Positions 21,045 to 30,539 of a DNA stretch of 57,719 nt are shown here, piece after piece (the first letter of the stretch is position 1; every line of letters begins with the position of its first letter). Origin of the DNA: Oscillospiraceae bacterium (GTDB lineage Bacteria > Bacillota > Clostridia > Oscillospirales > Ruminococcaceae); assembly GCA_017473015.1 (NCBI GenBank), contig JAFUNP010000006.1, positions 1 to 57,719 of the forward strand. The letters are read 5' to 3'. The position numbers were made by a program, and so were the translations under genes. The notes beneath the pieces were generated by a model. It had not been told where the DNA came from, did not search any database, and saw only the letters and a program-made list of their open reading frames with translations.

Positions 21045-22148
21045 CTACCCTTCCGTCACACAGCCATCATCCACAAAAAACTTTTTGCTGGCTGACTGCT
21101 GTATCCTGCCTTCGTCACAGCTGGTTATCAGCACCTGTCTGCCTTTGATATTGTTCAGCAGGTAATCCTGTCGGGAAAAATCCAGTTCACTGAGCACATC
21201 GTCCAGCAACACCACCGGGGCGGTGCCTGTGCACTGCTCCATAATATCGCCCTCTGCCAGCTTCATGGCTATCACAATGCTGCGCTGCTGTCCCTGGCTG
21301 GCATACTCCTTGGCCGGCATACCATTCAGCAGTATTTCTATATCCTCGCGGTGCACACCCACGCTGGTATATCCCAGAGCAATATCCCTGCTTCTATTAG
21401 ACACCAGTCTTCCAAAAATTTCGTCCCTTGTTTTTCCCATATCTCGGTAAACAAAGGTCAGCTGTTCTTTCCCCATGGAGATTTTGTCATAATAATCCCC
21501 GGCAAACTGCTGCATCAGACTGCAGAACTCCACTCTCATGCGGTATATTTCATACCCCAGTGCAGACAAAGTCATATCAAAGGTATCAAATATTGCCTCC
21601 TGCTGTTCCCTGTCATAATTTTTTATGGTTTTCAGAAAATTGTTTCTCTGGTCCAGCACATGGTTGTATTTTCTGTAGTCCTCAATAAATTTGGGATACA
21701 TCTGGCACAGACAGGCATCGGCAAACTTTCTGCGCAGGGCAGGACCGCCGCTGACAATAGTCAGATGCACCGGTGAAAATATCACCCGGTAAAAACTGCC
21801 TGCTATTCTGGAGGGCAAAGTAAACTCACCGCCGCCCAGCTTTGCCATACGGCCGGAAAATTTCGGGTTGGTCTTTGAACAGGCTATGGTGATTTTTTCA
21901 TCCCTTTCACCGTCAGAAACTTCCCCCACAATGCGGAAAGCATCCTGACCAAACCCTATCATATCCCTGTCTTTTGTACCGCGGAAGCTTTTGCCCCCGC
22001 TCAGCAGCCATACCGCCTCCATAAAGTTTGTTTTGCCCTGGGCGTTTTCACCCCGGATAATGTTTATACCCGGGCTGAATTCCGCTTTCAGCTGCTTCAG
22101 GTTGCGGTAGCCTGTTATTTCTATATTGTTTATCTGTTGTTTTGGCAT
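21045..22148 (-). CDS. recF: DNA replication and repair protein RecF
   Basis: Walker A GENAQGKTN and an SMC-like signature at the C-terminus; 367 aa. Confidence 0.9.
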   Translation of the reverse strand: MPKQQINNIEITGYRNLKQLKAEFSPGINIIRGENAQGKTNFMEAVWLLSGGKSFRGTKDRDMIGFGQDAFRIVGEVSDGERDEKITIACSKTNPKFSGRMAKLGGGEFTLPSRIAGSFYRVIFSPVHLTIVSGGPALRRKFADACLCQMYPKFIEDYRKYNHVLDQRNNFLKTIKNYDREQQEAIFDTFDMTLSALGYEIYRMRVEFCSLMQQFAGDYYDKISMGKEQLTFVYRDMGKTRDEIFGRLVSNRSRDIALGYTSVGVHREDIEILLNGMPAKEYASQGQQRSIVIAMKLAEGDIMEQCTGTAPVVLLDDVLSELDFSRQDYLLNNIKGRQVLITSCDEGRIQQSASKKFFVDDGCVTEG

Positions 22149-22149
22149 A

Positions 22150-22362
22150 TTATTCTGCTACAACGATAAAATCATCACCGTTGAAAGATACCACGTCACC
22201 TACGCGCAGTTTTTTGCCGCGCTGTGTACACACTTCACCGTTTACTTTCACTTCGCCGTCCTGGATAAAACCTTTGGCGTCGCCGCCTGTGTAAACCATA
22301 TCGGCAAATTTCATAAACTGGTCCAGTTTGATAAATTCTGTACTAATTGCAATCTCAATCAT
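22150..22362 (-). CDS. yaaA: S4-domain RNA-binding protein YaaA
   Basis: 70 aa; lies between dnaN and recF as in B. subtilis yaaA. Confidence 0.7.
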   Translation of the reverse strand: MIEIAISTEFIKLDQFMKFADMVYTGGDAKGFIQDGEVKVNGEVCTQRGKKLRVGDVVSFNGDDFIVVAE

Positions 22363-23458
22363 TTTTAAATCTTACCGGCAGTACCAGATAGGTAAAGTCG
22401 TCTCCTTCCTTAGGAATAATTTTACATGGGGCCAGAGGGCCGGAGAATTTAAAAATCAGCTCTTCTTTCTTGCTGGCCTTCAGTGCATCCAGAATATATC
22501 TGTTGTTGAAGCCGATTTCCAGGTCAGGACCTACCTGTCCCACGCTGATTTCGTCATAAACATCGCCCAGCTCTGTAGCGCATTTTACACTGAGAGTATT
22601 TTCTGCAATATTCATCTTCACAGGGTTTCTCAGTCTTTCTGTGATAATCAGTGAAACTCTTTCCACTGCTTCCTGCAGGCTCTTTGTGTTGATAACTGCA
22701 TCTGTCATGTAGTTTGCAGGGATAGCTTTTTTATAATCCAGGAAATCGCCTTCCAGCAATCTGGACAACACAATAAAATCACCTGCTTTAAACATAACAT
22801 ATCTGCGGGATGCAAAAATTGTCAGTTTGCCGTCCTTGTCACCCACAATTCTTCTTACTTCGTTCATGGCCTTTGCCGGTACAATCATGGTAAAATTGCC
22901 GTCAAAATCCACTTCTCTTTCACACACAGCCAGTCTGTAACCGTCCAGAGCAACCATTGTCAGCTGTCTGTCCTCCAGTTTAATCAGCACGCCTGTGTGT
23001 GCAGGTCTTTTTTCATCTGTGGAAACAGCATAAATAACATAGTCACACATTTCTGTAAACAGGCTGTTTTCAATTTTTACGCTGTTGTCCTTGCCTGCAG
23101 ATGGAAAATCAGGATAATCTGTGGAATCAATACCTTTGATGTTGTATTTTGTGATACCGCTTCTGATTACGCAGTTCATTCTTTCGTCGCAATCAATGGA
23201 AATGGTATCATTGTTTACTTTTCTTACAATGTTGCCCAGCAGCTGTGCTGACAGAACCACATCACCTTCTCTTTCCACTTCACATTCAAAAGTGGTTTTG
23301 ATGCCCATTTCAAAATCGTAGCCTGTCAGTGTCAGGCTGTCATTTTCGGCTATCAGCAGAATGCCTTCGATAGCTGCCAGATTGCTCTTTGCAGCCACTG
23401 CCCTTGAAACTATCTGTATAGCTTCATTCAGCTTGTCTCTGTCGCAAACTATTTTCAT
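22355..23458 (-). CDS. dnaN: DNA polymerase III beta sliding clamp
   Basis: 367 aa with three-domain beta-clamp architecture; downstream of dnaA. Confidence 0.9.
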   Translation of the reverse strand: MKIVCDRDKLNEAIQIVSRAVAAKSNLAAIEGILLIAENDSLTLTGYDFEMGIKTTFECEVEREGDVVLSAQLLGNIVRKVNNDTISIDCDERMNCVIRSGITKYNIKGIDSTDYPDFPSAGKDNSVKIENSLFTEMCDYVIYAVSTDEKRPAHTGVLIKLEDRQLTMVALDGYRLAVCEREVDFDGNFTMIVPAKAMNEVRRIVGDKDGKLTIFASRRYVMFKAGDFIVLSRLLEGDFLDYKKAIPANYMTDAVINTKSLQEAVERVSLIITERLRNPVKMNIAENTLSVKCATELGDVYDEISVGQVGPDLEIGFNNRYILDALKASKKEELIFKFSGPLAPCKIIPKEGDDFTYLVLPVRFKND

Positions 23459-23559
23459 ATTTTTATTCCTTTCAGCTTTTTAACAATTTTTTATTATCAG
23501 CTTTTTATTTTTTCTTCTTAATGGGAAAAAAGTTTCCCACTTGCTATATATTTTAAACA

Positions 23560-23935
23560 GCAGTAGTAGTAGGGGCGGTTGAAATGTTGAAACTCTCCCT
23601 AAACCCTTATGAACACTGGAAATTTTCAACATTTTTCACTGTTGAAAATCTGTTTAAAATTTGTTTAAACACTGTTGACAAAATTTTTGCCTGTTGAAAC
23701 TGTTGAAAACTTATTGTTGAATGTTGAAAACTTTGTTGAAAAAATTTTCATCAAATTCTGAATGATTATTCATACAGTTGAATTTAAAATGAATATATAT
23801 TCACTAAAATTACTTTCCACCAATTTTCACCCTGAAAAGACATATGTTTTTCAACATTTTTCAACAATTTGTTTTATTTCAGTTAAAAATTATAAATTTA
23901 TTTCATTTTTCATGTATTTCTGAATAACAGATTTC
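23560..23935. promoter_or_regulatory. oriC: oriC element (dnaA-dnaN intergenic): about 12 DnaA-box-like 9-mers TGTTGAAAA/TTTTCAACA plus an AT-rich unwinding element at 23870-23935
   Basis: Dense direct and inverted copies (gttgaaatgttgaaact, ttttcaacatttttcactgttgaaaatc, ctgttgaaactgttgaaaacttattgttgaatgttgaaaactttgttgaaaaa). The motif matches TGTGGATAA at 7 of 9 positions. The position is canonical for Firmicutes incC. Confidence 0.7.
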
Positions 23936-23974
23936 CAGGTTTTCATCGATATACAGTAATCCCACAAATCAGAG

Positions 23975-24200
23975 TTCTGTCATCCTGAGGAAGACTTTGT
24001 CTGACGAACCCACTACGCTCGCAGGACAGGCTCGCGTTTTTGCCTACGGCAAAACCATTCAGTCGCTACGCTTATCTCCTCTTGCTCTTTCTGCACAAAC
24101 CTGAAAATATGCTGTGTCGGCTTCCGGGCGATTCGTGAATCGCCCCTACGCGTAGAACCTGCGTATACAAGGCTCCCATTCAGGCGACTGAGGGGTTATA
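23975..24200. repeat. Composite repeat block between oriC and the dnaA stop (TGTCATCCTGAG unit, a module shared with 2020-2095 and 26760-26820, REP 24126-24152, gactgaggg module)
   Basis: cactacgctcgcaggacaggctcg...caaaaccattcagtcgctacgc matches 2020-2095 and is the reverse complement of 26768-26820. The REP is identical to the RAYT1 internal copy. Confidence 0.75.
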
Positions 24201-24205
24201 TTCAG

Positions 24206-25510
24206 TTACAGTGTTTTTACATTTTTTATAATATCTTCCACTGTGTCGCGGAAGAAGGAGTTTGTCTTTATTTTCTTGTCCACCTGTTTCAGTGTGTATA
24301 CAACTGTGGAATGGTCGCGTCCGCCGAACTCTTTGCCTATTTCTTCCATGGTCAGACCGCACACTTCCTTCACCACATGCATGGCCATCTGTCTGGCTTC
24401 GCTGATTTCCCGCTTTCTCTTCTGGCTTCTCACATCAGCAGCTGTCACATTGTATACCTTGCATACATCGGTGATTATTTTTTCGATTGTCACCGGTGTG
24501 CTCATCTGTTCGTTGAGAATATCCTTGATTGCGGCCTGGGCATTTGCCATAATCGGCGGTTTGCCCTCCAGCTTCTGCATTGCATCCAGCTTTTTAACCA
24601 CGCCTTCCAGCTGACGGATGTTGGTTTTCACCTTTGAAGCAATAAATTCAATAACTTCAAATTTGATGTCCATACCCAGCAGGTCAGATTTTCTTTTGAT
24701 GATGGCGCATCTTGTTTCAAAATCCGGTGGCCGTATGTCGGCTATCAGACCCCATTCAAACCTGTTTCTCAGCCTGTCTTCCAGACTTTTGATTTCTTTC
24801 GGCGGTCTGTCAGATACCAGTACTATCTGCTTGCCGGCATTGTGCAGTGCGTTGAAAGTGTGGAAAAATTCTTCCTGTGTACTTTCCCTGCCTGCTATAA
24901 ACTGAATATCGTCCACCAGCAGCACATCTGCCTGACGGTATTTGTTTTTAAATTCACTGGTTTTGTTGTCTTTGATTGCTGCGATGATTTCGTTGGTGAA
25001 ATCCTCACCGGACACATACACAATGTTTGCCCCCGGATTATTTTTCAGAATTTCCGCCCTGATAGCATTCAGCAGATGGGTTTTGCCCAGACCGCTGTCC
25101 CCATGTATAAACAACGGGTTGTAGGAATTGGACGGGTTCTGTGCTACAGCCAGCGCTGCCGCATGGGCAAATTTATTGGAAGAACCTACTATGAAAGTAT
25201 CAAAAGTAAAAGCGTATTCGCCGCTGTTTACAGGTTTTACTTCTTCGGCTGCTTCTTCTTCGGTTGGTTTTATGGCTATGTTCAGCAGAACTGTGAAACC
25301 CAGCACATCCTCAAAAGCCTCTGTCAATAACCCTTTGAATCTGTTGTTTACAGTGTCCTGCAGCCATTCGTTGGCCACATACAGTGTCACAGTGTCACCG
25401 TCCATGCTGCCGGCCTCCATCGGGTCCAAAAACAGCTTGTAAGACGCCTGCACCATGCGCTGTGCACAGTAGTCTTTTACAGCTAAAAATACATCATTGA
25501 AAGATTCCAT
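24206..25510 (-). CDS. dnaA: chromosomal replication initiator DnaA
   Basis: 434 aa with AAA+ Walker A GDSGLGKTHLL and a domain IV DNA-binding signature (ARQMAM...FGGRDHSTV). Confidence 0.95.
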   Translation of the reverse strand: MESFNDVFLAVKDYCAQRMVQASYKLFLDPMEAGSMDGDTVTLYVANEWLQDTVNNRFKGLLTEAFEDVLGFTVLLNIAIKPTEEEAAEEVKPVNSGEYAFTFDTFIVGSSNKFAHAAALAVAQNPSNSYNPLFIHGDSGLGKTHLLNAIRAEILKNNPGANIVYVSGEDFTNEIIAAIKDNKTSEFKNKYRQADVLLVDDIQFIAGRESTQEEFFHTFNALHNAGKQIVLVSDRPPKEIKSLEDRLRNRFEWGLIADIRPPDFETRCAIIKRKSDLLGMDIKFEVIEFIASKVKTNIRQLEGVVKKLDAMQKLEGKPPIMANAQAAIKDILNEQMSTPVTIEKIITDVCKVYNVTAADVRSQKRKREISEARQMAMHVVKEVCGLTMEEIGKEFGGRDHSTVVYTLKQVDKKIKTNSFFRDTVEDIIKNVKTL

Positions 25511-25660
25511 TTATACTCTCCTGACTTATTACATTAATAACTAAAATTATACCATATTTAACCCATAAAAACAACATTTTAATATAAGTATAATAATCTA
25601 AATCATAAATATATAAATAAACAATATTTATCTAAAATAACTAACATTTCCCCCATAAAA

Positions 25661-25669
25661 TGTTGAAAA
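25661..25669. promoter_or_regulatory. single DnaA-box-like 9-mer TGTTGAAAA upstream of dnaA
   Basis: This is the only box-like copy in the 950-bp dnaA-rpmH spacer, which is otherwise filled with REPs. Confidence 0.4.
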
Positions 25670-25693
25670 CTGTTCCTTTTTAAAAACTTAAGA

Positions 25694-26240
25694 GTAGGGT
25701 GCGATGCCCACATCGCACCGTTGCCGGTCTGCCGTGGAAGTGAGCGTAGCGAAACGACCATGTGCAGATGCCGAGTTTCGTTATCGAGGCAAGGCAATGC
25801 GATGCCCACATCCCACCACTTATAAAAAGATTTCCTTTGTTTTGTTGTAATTGCGGCCGGTTGATGTCGCTCATAGTATACCGTAGGGGACGGCGTCCTC
25901 GACGTCCCAAGGGCGGATACTGTCCGCCCCTACGCGAGGCAGCGCACAAATCAGAGTATTGTCATCCTGAGCAAGCGTAGCGCGTCGACGCCTGCCGCAG
26001 CAGGTGTGCAGAGCCGCAACCGAACGAAAGTGAGGCTCTTGGCGGCGAGCAAGGATCTTTGCCGCTACAAGCGGCAACGGGATGTCCAGAGGCCATCCCC
26101 TACGCGAAATGCAAAAGCCTCCCATGTGCAATGGCCCAGGCCAGCTTCTCTTGCCCTTTGGGCAATTCACCGTCGGGGTGGTGGCCGAGTGTAACGCGGC
26201 CGGAGGGGTTGTTTATTCAAATCTCCGCGGGACGGGGAGC
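25694..26240. repeat. Large REP/BIME-like cluster upstream of dnaA (bracketed GCGATGCCCACATCGCACC hairpins, two GTAGGGG REPs at 25881-25936, TGTCATCCTGAG unit 25955-26075, REP 26078-26106)
   Basis: At least six GC-rich hairpins with GTAG(G) heads. The hairpin GGGACGGCGTCCTCGACGTCCC equals 6124-6153. Confidence 0.8.
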
Positions 26241-26462
26241 CTGTATTGGCTTGCTCGCCTTCTCCTGTATTTTCCGTCATTTCCACTATTTTTCTGTTTT
26301 AAAATATAATATTTTACCCAAATTCACCTTTTTTTGCACTTGACAATTTACCTTCTTTTATTATATACTTTTATCTTGCAAGGTTATGACCTTGACAGAT
26401 ACAGTCGGCAGCGGATTTTCCGTTTGCATATATAAAAATAATAAGACAGGAGGACAAAAACA

Positions 26463-26597
26463 ATGAAAAGAACTTATCAGCCAAAGAAAAGAACTCGCGC
26501 AAGAGTACACGGCTTTCTGAACAGAATGGCTACAAAAAACGGCAGAAAAGTAATCGCTAAAAGAAGATCAAAAGGCAGAGCTAAACTCGCAGTTTAA
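26463..26597 (+). CDS. rpmH: 50S ribosomal protein L34
   Basis: Translation [44 protein letters not shown] (44 aa), the canonical L34. Absent from the ORF track because it is under 60 aa. Confidence 0.9.
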   Translation: MKRTYQPKKRTRARVHGFLNRMATKNGRKVIAKRRSKGRAKLAV

Positions 26598-26741
26598 TTC
26601 TCACAGCCTTTGTTTGTTCTCTTATTTCTGAAAATAAACTTAGCAAGGCCACCTCGCGTGGTCTTTGTTTCTATTTACAGATTTTTTATCTGTATAAAGA
26701 ATAAAAGATGAAATATTCAATGCTTTTATTTACTTTAAAAG

Positions 26742-26850
26742 GCTCCCTTGTGTAAAGTCGGCGTAGCCGAATGAATGGTTTTGCCGCAGGCAAAAACGTG
26801 AGCTTGTCCTGCGAGCGTAGTGAAGCTGTCAGCAAAGCTGACTGAGGGAT
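26742..26850. repeat. Composite repeat (ctcccttgtgtaaag head, a module that is the reverse complement of 24008-24075, gctgactgaggg tail) between rpmH and rnpA
   Basis: Shares modules with 1775-1825, 36512-36700 and 57672-57719. Confidence 0.7.
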
Positions 26851-26926
26851 TGTAAAGTAAAAATCATTTTTTCAGAAAAAGAGACAACAGATTTTCCCAA
26901 ACCTTTCATTGAAAGAAAGGAAAAAG

Positions 26927-27295
26927 ATGAAGTTCAAATCTATCAACCAGAACACACAGTTTATCAGGGCCTACCGCAAAGGGGCTTCTTATGTTACCCC
27001 TCTGCTGGTTACTTATGTTATCAAAAACCGCTGGGGCCATGTCCGTATAGGCATCACCTCCAGCAAAAAAATAGGCGGCGCGGTGCAGCGCAACAGAGCG
27101 CGTCGTGTTATCCGCGCTGCAGTGCGTGCTTTGAACCTGGATATGAACCAGGGCTATGACATTATCTTTGTGGCGCGCAGCAAAACAACCCGCTGCAAAT
27201 CATGGCAGCTGGAACCCCTGATAAAACAACGGCTTACAGATGCGGGAGTTATAAATGCTGAAAAAATTACTGATATTTCCAATCAGGCTTTATAA
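26927..27295 (+). CDS. rnpA: ribonuclease P protein component
   Basis: Basic protein with the RNR motif region ([11 protein letters not shown]). Start at the second Met, with a purine-rich RBS. Confidence 0.85.
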   Translation: MKFKSINQNTQFIRAYRKGASYVTPLLVTYVIKNRWGHVRIGITSSKKIGGAVQRNRARRVIRAAVRALNLDMNQGYDIIFVARSKTTRCKSWQLEPLIKQRLTDAGVINAEKITDISNQAL

Positions 27296-27500
27296 AAAAT
27301 TCATCTCTCCCCTTTTGGGCCATCATTGCCGCTACTGGCCTACCTGCAGCAGTTATATGATACAGGCTATCGAAATTCACGGCGCCGCCAAAGGTCTGCT
27401 TCTTGGCACATGGCGCATACTGCGCTGCAACCCCTGGTCAAAGGGCGGTTACGACCCTGTCCCGCCGAAAGGTATGTGGACAAATATTAAACAGCCGTAA
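27255..27500 (+). CDS. yidD: membrane protein insertion efficiency factor YidD
   Basis: 81 aa; conserved YWPTCS...RCNPW...GGYDPVP. Confidence 0.8.
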   Translation: MLKKLLIFPIRLYKKFISPLLGHHCRYWPTCSSYMIQAIEIHGAAKGLLLGTWRILRCNPWSKGGYDPVPPKGMWTNIKQP

Positions 27501-27526
27501 GAAATTTACGGCCCGGAGGAAAATTT

Positions 27527-28552
27527 ATGGAATTAATTGCAACCCCACTTGGCTGGCTGATGCGCCGGATTTATAATTTTGTGGGCAACTATGGTGTGAC
27601 ACTTATCCTTTTCACACTGGTTACAAAAATCATCCTTATGCCTCTGACTGTAAAGCAGAAAAAATCCATGATACGCATGAATGCTTTCCAGCCAGAAATT
27701 CAGAGAATTCAGAAAAAATACGCTACAGACACACAGAAACAGCAGGAAGAGCTGACACGCCTGCAGACAGAACACAATTTCTCCATGACAAGCGGCTGTC
27801 TGCCTATGCTTATCCAGATGCCTATCCTGTTCGGTCTGATTGACGTTATCTACAAACCTCTGCGCCATATCGTAGGTGTAAACAAAAATCTGATTGCTGA
27901 CACACTTACACCAATGGCGGAAAAAATGCTGGGCACTCTTTCCAGATACAGCCCACAGACAGATATTATCAAAGCAATCAAACAGGCTCCAGAAGCTTTC
28001 GCAGATGTACTGGATGCAGCTACAATCACTACAGTTCAGGAAATGGACCTGACTTTCCTGGGCATGGACCTTTCCGCTACACCAAGCCTGAAAGTGTTCA
28101 ACTCCCTGCTGCTTATCCCTGTGCTGTCTGTTATATTCATGCTGCTGCAGCAGTATCTCACACAGAAACTCAACGGTCAGCAGTCCAACGGCCAGACAAC
28201 AGCTATGCTGGGCATGACTACACTGATGTTCGGCTATTTTGCATTTATGATGCCTGCAGGTGTTTCTATCTACTGGATTTTCTCCAGCGTATTCGGCATC
28301 CTTCAGGAACTGGTACTGCGCATCTTTATTGACCCTGAAAAAGAAAAAGCAAAAATCGAAGAAGAAATTTACGAAGCACGCAAAGCAAGAAAAGAAAAAG
28401 AAAAACAGCGCCCTGCAAAAGTAGCCAAGGCTAAAGAAAAAGCCAAGGACAAATATGTGGCAGATGTTTACGAATCAGAAGAAGAAGCTGAAAGAGTAAG
28501 AAAACGTCTGGAAAAAGCAAGAGCACTGGATAAAGAAAAATACGGTGATTAA
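27527..28552 (+). CDS. yidC: membrane protein insertase YidC/SpoIIIJ (Oxa1 family)
   Basis: 341 aa with five-TM core and a C-terminal basic tail; position after rnpA/yidD. Confidence 0.9.
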   Translation: MELIATPLGWLMRRIYNFVGNYGVTLILFTLVTKIILMPLTVKQKKSMIRMNAFQPEIQRIQKKYATDTQKQQEELTRLQTEHNFSMTSGCLPMLIQMPILFGLIDVIYKPLRHIVGVNKNLIADTLTPMAEKMLGTLSRYSPQTDIIKAIKQAPEAFADVLDAATITTVQEMDLTFLGMDLSATPSLKVFNSLLLIPVLSVIFMLLQQYLTQKLNGQQSNGQTTAMLGMTTLMFGYFAFMMPAGVSIYWIFSSVFGILQELVLRIFIDPEKEKAKIEEEIYEARKARKEKEKQRPAKVAKAKEKAKDKYVADVYESEEEAERVRKRLEKARALDKEKYGD

Positions 28553-28556
28553 TACA

Positions 28557-29588
28557 ATGAGAGAAGTAATTAAAACAGCTGCTACAGTTGAAGAAGCTGT
28601 ACAGCTTGGCGCGCAGGAACTGGGCCTCTCCGTTGACAGTGTATCATACGAAGTTCTCCAGATGCCTGAAAAGAAATTCTTCCTTTTCAAAAGCAAACCT
28701 GCCCAGGTTCGCATTTACGAAAAAGAAGAAGATTTTGATGTAAAATCCCTCTTTGGCAAAGAAGAAGCCAAAGAAGTGAAAAAAGAAGAAAAAGCTGCTC
28801 CTAAAGCTAAAAAGGAACAGCCAAAAGAAGAAAGAAAACCACAGCCTAAACAGGAAAAGAAAGAAAACAAAAAATCTGCTCCTAAACAGGAAAAACCGGC
28901 TAAAGAAGCTGTAAAAGAAGTGGTTAAAGAAGAAATCAAAGCTGAAGCAAAACCTGTGGAAACAGCTGTTTCTGTGGAAGAACTGAGCGACAAAGCAAAA
29001 TACGCCATGGAATTTCTGGAAAGTATTATCGGCCAGTTCCACAAAGGCAACTATACACTGACACCGGTGAAAACTGAAACAGGTTATGTTATCAAAATCA
29101 GCGGTGACGATGTAGGCGCACTGATTGGCCGCAAAGGCGAAACAATGGAAGCCCTGTCCTATCTGACAGGCCTGGCTGCAAACCGCTCCGACGACAGCTT
29201 TGAAAAAATCAGCGTAGATGTGGCTGACTACCGTCAGAAACGCGAAAAAGACCTGGTGGCTTCCGCCAAAAAAGCAGCAGCAAAAGTGCTGAAAACAGGC
29301 CGTCCGTTCGGTTTTGAACCAATGAACCCTTACGACCGCCGCATCATCCACGCAGCTATCGGTCAGATTGACGGTGTAAAGAGCGAATCCAAAGGCGAAG
29401 GCGCCAGCCGTCGTGTAATGGTTTACTCCACTAACCCAAAACCACGCTACGACAAAAACAAAGGCGGCAAAAAGCCTTACAACAAGTCAAACCGCAGAGA
29501 AAAACCAGCTCCACAGGCACAGAAAACACGCACTGAAAAGCTGGTGGACGAATCAAGCTTCGGCCTCTACTCCAAAATTGACCTGTAA
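28557..29588 (+). CDS. jag: RNA-binding protein Jag/KhpB (Jag_N, KH, R3H) with a long Lys/Glu-rich linker
   Basis: N-terminal Jag_N (VEEAVQLGAQELG); C-terminal R3H (RRIIHAAI...G). ATG at 28557 is preferred (RBS ggtga); an alternative GTG lies at 28545. Confidence 0.8.
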   Translation: MREVIKTAATVEEAVQLGAQELGLSVDSVSYEVLQMPEKKFFLFKSKPAQVRIYEKEEDFDVKSLFGKEEAKEVKKEEKAAPKAKKEQPKEERKPQPKQEKKENKKSAPKQEKPAKEAVKEVVKEEIKAEAKPVETAVSVEELSDKAKYAMEFLESIIGQFHKGNYTLTPVKTETGYVIKISGDDVGALIGRKGETMEALSYLTGLAANRSDDSFEKISVDVADYRQKREKDLVASAKKAAAKVLKTGRPFGFEPMNPYDRRIIHAAIGQIDGVKSESKGEGASRRVMVYSTNPKPRYDKNKGGKKPYNKSNRREKPAPQAQKTRTEKLVDESSFGLYSKIDL

Positions 29589-29600
29589 TCGCAGATAATA

Positions 29601-29630
29601 AAAGGACACCACCCGGTGTCCTTTTTATTT
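29601..29630 (+). terminator. intrinsic terminator after jag
   Basis: Hairpin ggacaccacccggtgtcc followed by a T-run. Confidence 0.7.
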
Positions 29631-29694
29631 TCTCCGTATTGTTTCAGCTTTTAAATCAGATTATTTAACAAATACAGAAATACAAATATAAAAT

Positions 29695-29758
29695 CAGTGT
29701 CGTTCTGAGCGCAGCGAAGAATCTCCGCCCAAATGACAGAACAGATATAAATGATATG
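29695..29758. repeat. About 65-bp repeat unit TGTCRTTCTGAGNNNNNCGAAGAATCTCC...AATGACAG...AATGAYA (copy 1 of 3)
   Basis: Closely similar copies at 37388-37455 and 45628-45695. Confidence 0.8.
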
Positions 29759-29892
29759 CCCAAAGCACTTTACGAAGCAAAATTTATTTCATATCCCGGC
29801 GCTTACCAACACTTAAAAATTATTTTCCTCTTTAACTTCCCTGTCCGTTGTGATAAAATATCTTATAAATAAATTTGTAAAGGACATAATTA

Positions 29893-30402
29893 ATGACCTC
29901 ATATATATCAAAAACTGAAATAACTCTGGAAAAATATATGGAAATAAGCAACAGGCCTCTGGGCAAAAAGGCCCGTGCTGACCTGAACCGCTGGAAAATC
30001 ACAAAAATTGCCGGAATCGCAGTTTCTGCTGCTATCGCAGGATTGGCCCTTAATTCCGGCATGGGCGAATTTTCACTTATCAGCGGAGTGTTTGGTCTGG
30101 TGATGGCTTATCAGTTGTTTTTCCAGCGAAAAAACCTTATAAAGAAGAAATATGCCGAAACAGTTGACCTGCTGCCGGATAAAAAATGGGTGCGCACCAT
30201 CACATTTGATGATAAAATCACTGTGGCCGACGGCAACAATTCCTCTGTTTTCGCCTACTCCGATTACAAATGGGCATCCGAAAACGAGGGTTATTTCCTG
30301 CTGTACCGCAATGAAAACATAGTTCTCCGTGTGGAAAAAGGCAGCTTCACCTACGGTAATGAAAAAGACTTCCTCCGCTGGATTAGCAATAAATTAAAAT
30401 AG
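29893..30402 (+). CDS. YcxB-like membrane protein (hypothetical)
   Basis: 169 aa with two central TM helices and a PH-like C-terminal region. Paralog-like relative of the gene between gyrB and gyrA. Confidence 0.5.
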   Translation: MTSYISKTEITLEKYMEISNRPLGKKARADLNRWKITKIAGIAVSAAIAGLALNSGMGEFSLISGVFGLVMAYQLFFQRKNLIKKKYAETVDLLPDKKWVRTITFDDKITVADGNNSSVFAYSDYKWASENEGYFLLYRNENIVLRVEKGSFTYGNEKDFLRWISNKLK

Positions 30403-30452
30403 TATTGATGCATAAGGGCGGCAATCTGCCGCCCGATTAATAAAATTTTTAC

Positions 30453-30528
30453 GCTTGTGTGGCTCAGCTGGCAGAGCAGCTCACTCGTAATGAGCAGGTC
30501 GTGAGTTCGAATCTCATCACAAGCTCCA
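30453..30528 (+). tRNA. tRNA-Thr (anticodon CGU)
   Basis: Manual cloverleaf: acceptor gcttgtg/cacaagc, D-arm gctc...gagc, anticodon stem gctca/tgagc with loop cuCGUaa, T-arm gtgag-ttcgaat-ctcat, encoded CCA. Followed by a terminator hairpin acccggtt..accgggt and a T-run. Confidence 0.85.
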
Positions 30529-30539
30529 CCCTACCCGGT

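Noticed and set aside
25603-26343. Several 60-100-aa ORFs on both strands between dnaA and rpmH
   Set aside because: They are generated by GC-rich REP/BIME repeats; mutually overlapping with no RBS.
28644-29351. 235-aa minus-strand ORF full of F/L runs
   Set aside because: Antisense of the Lys/Glu-rich linker of jag; compositional artefact.
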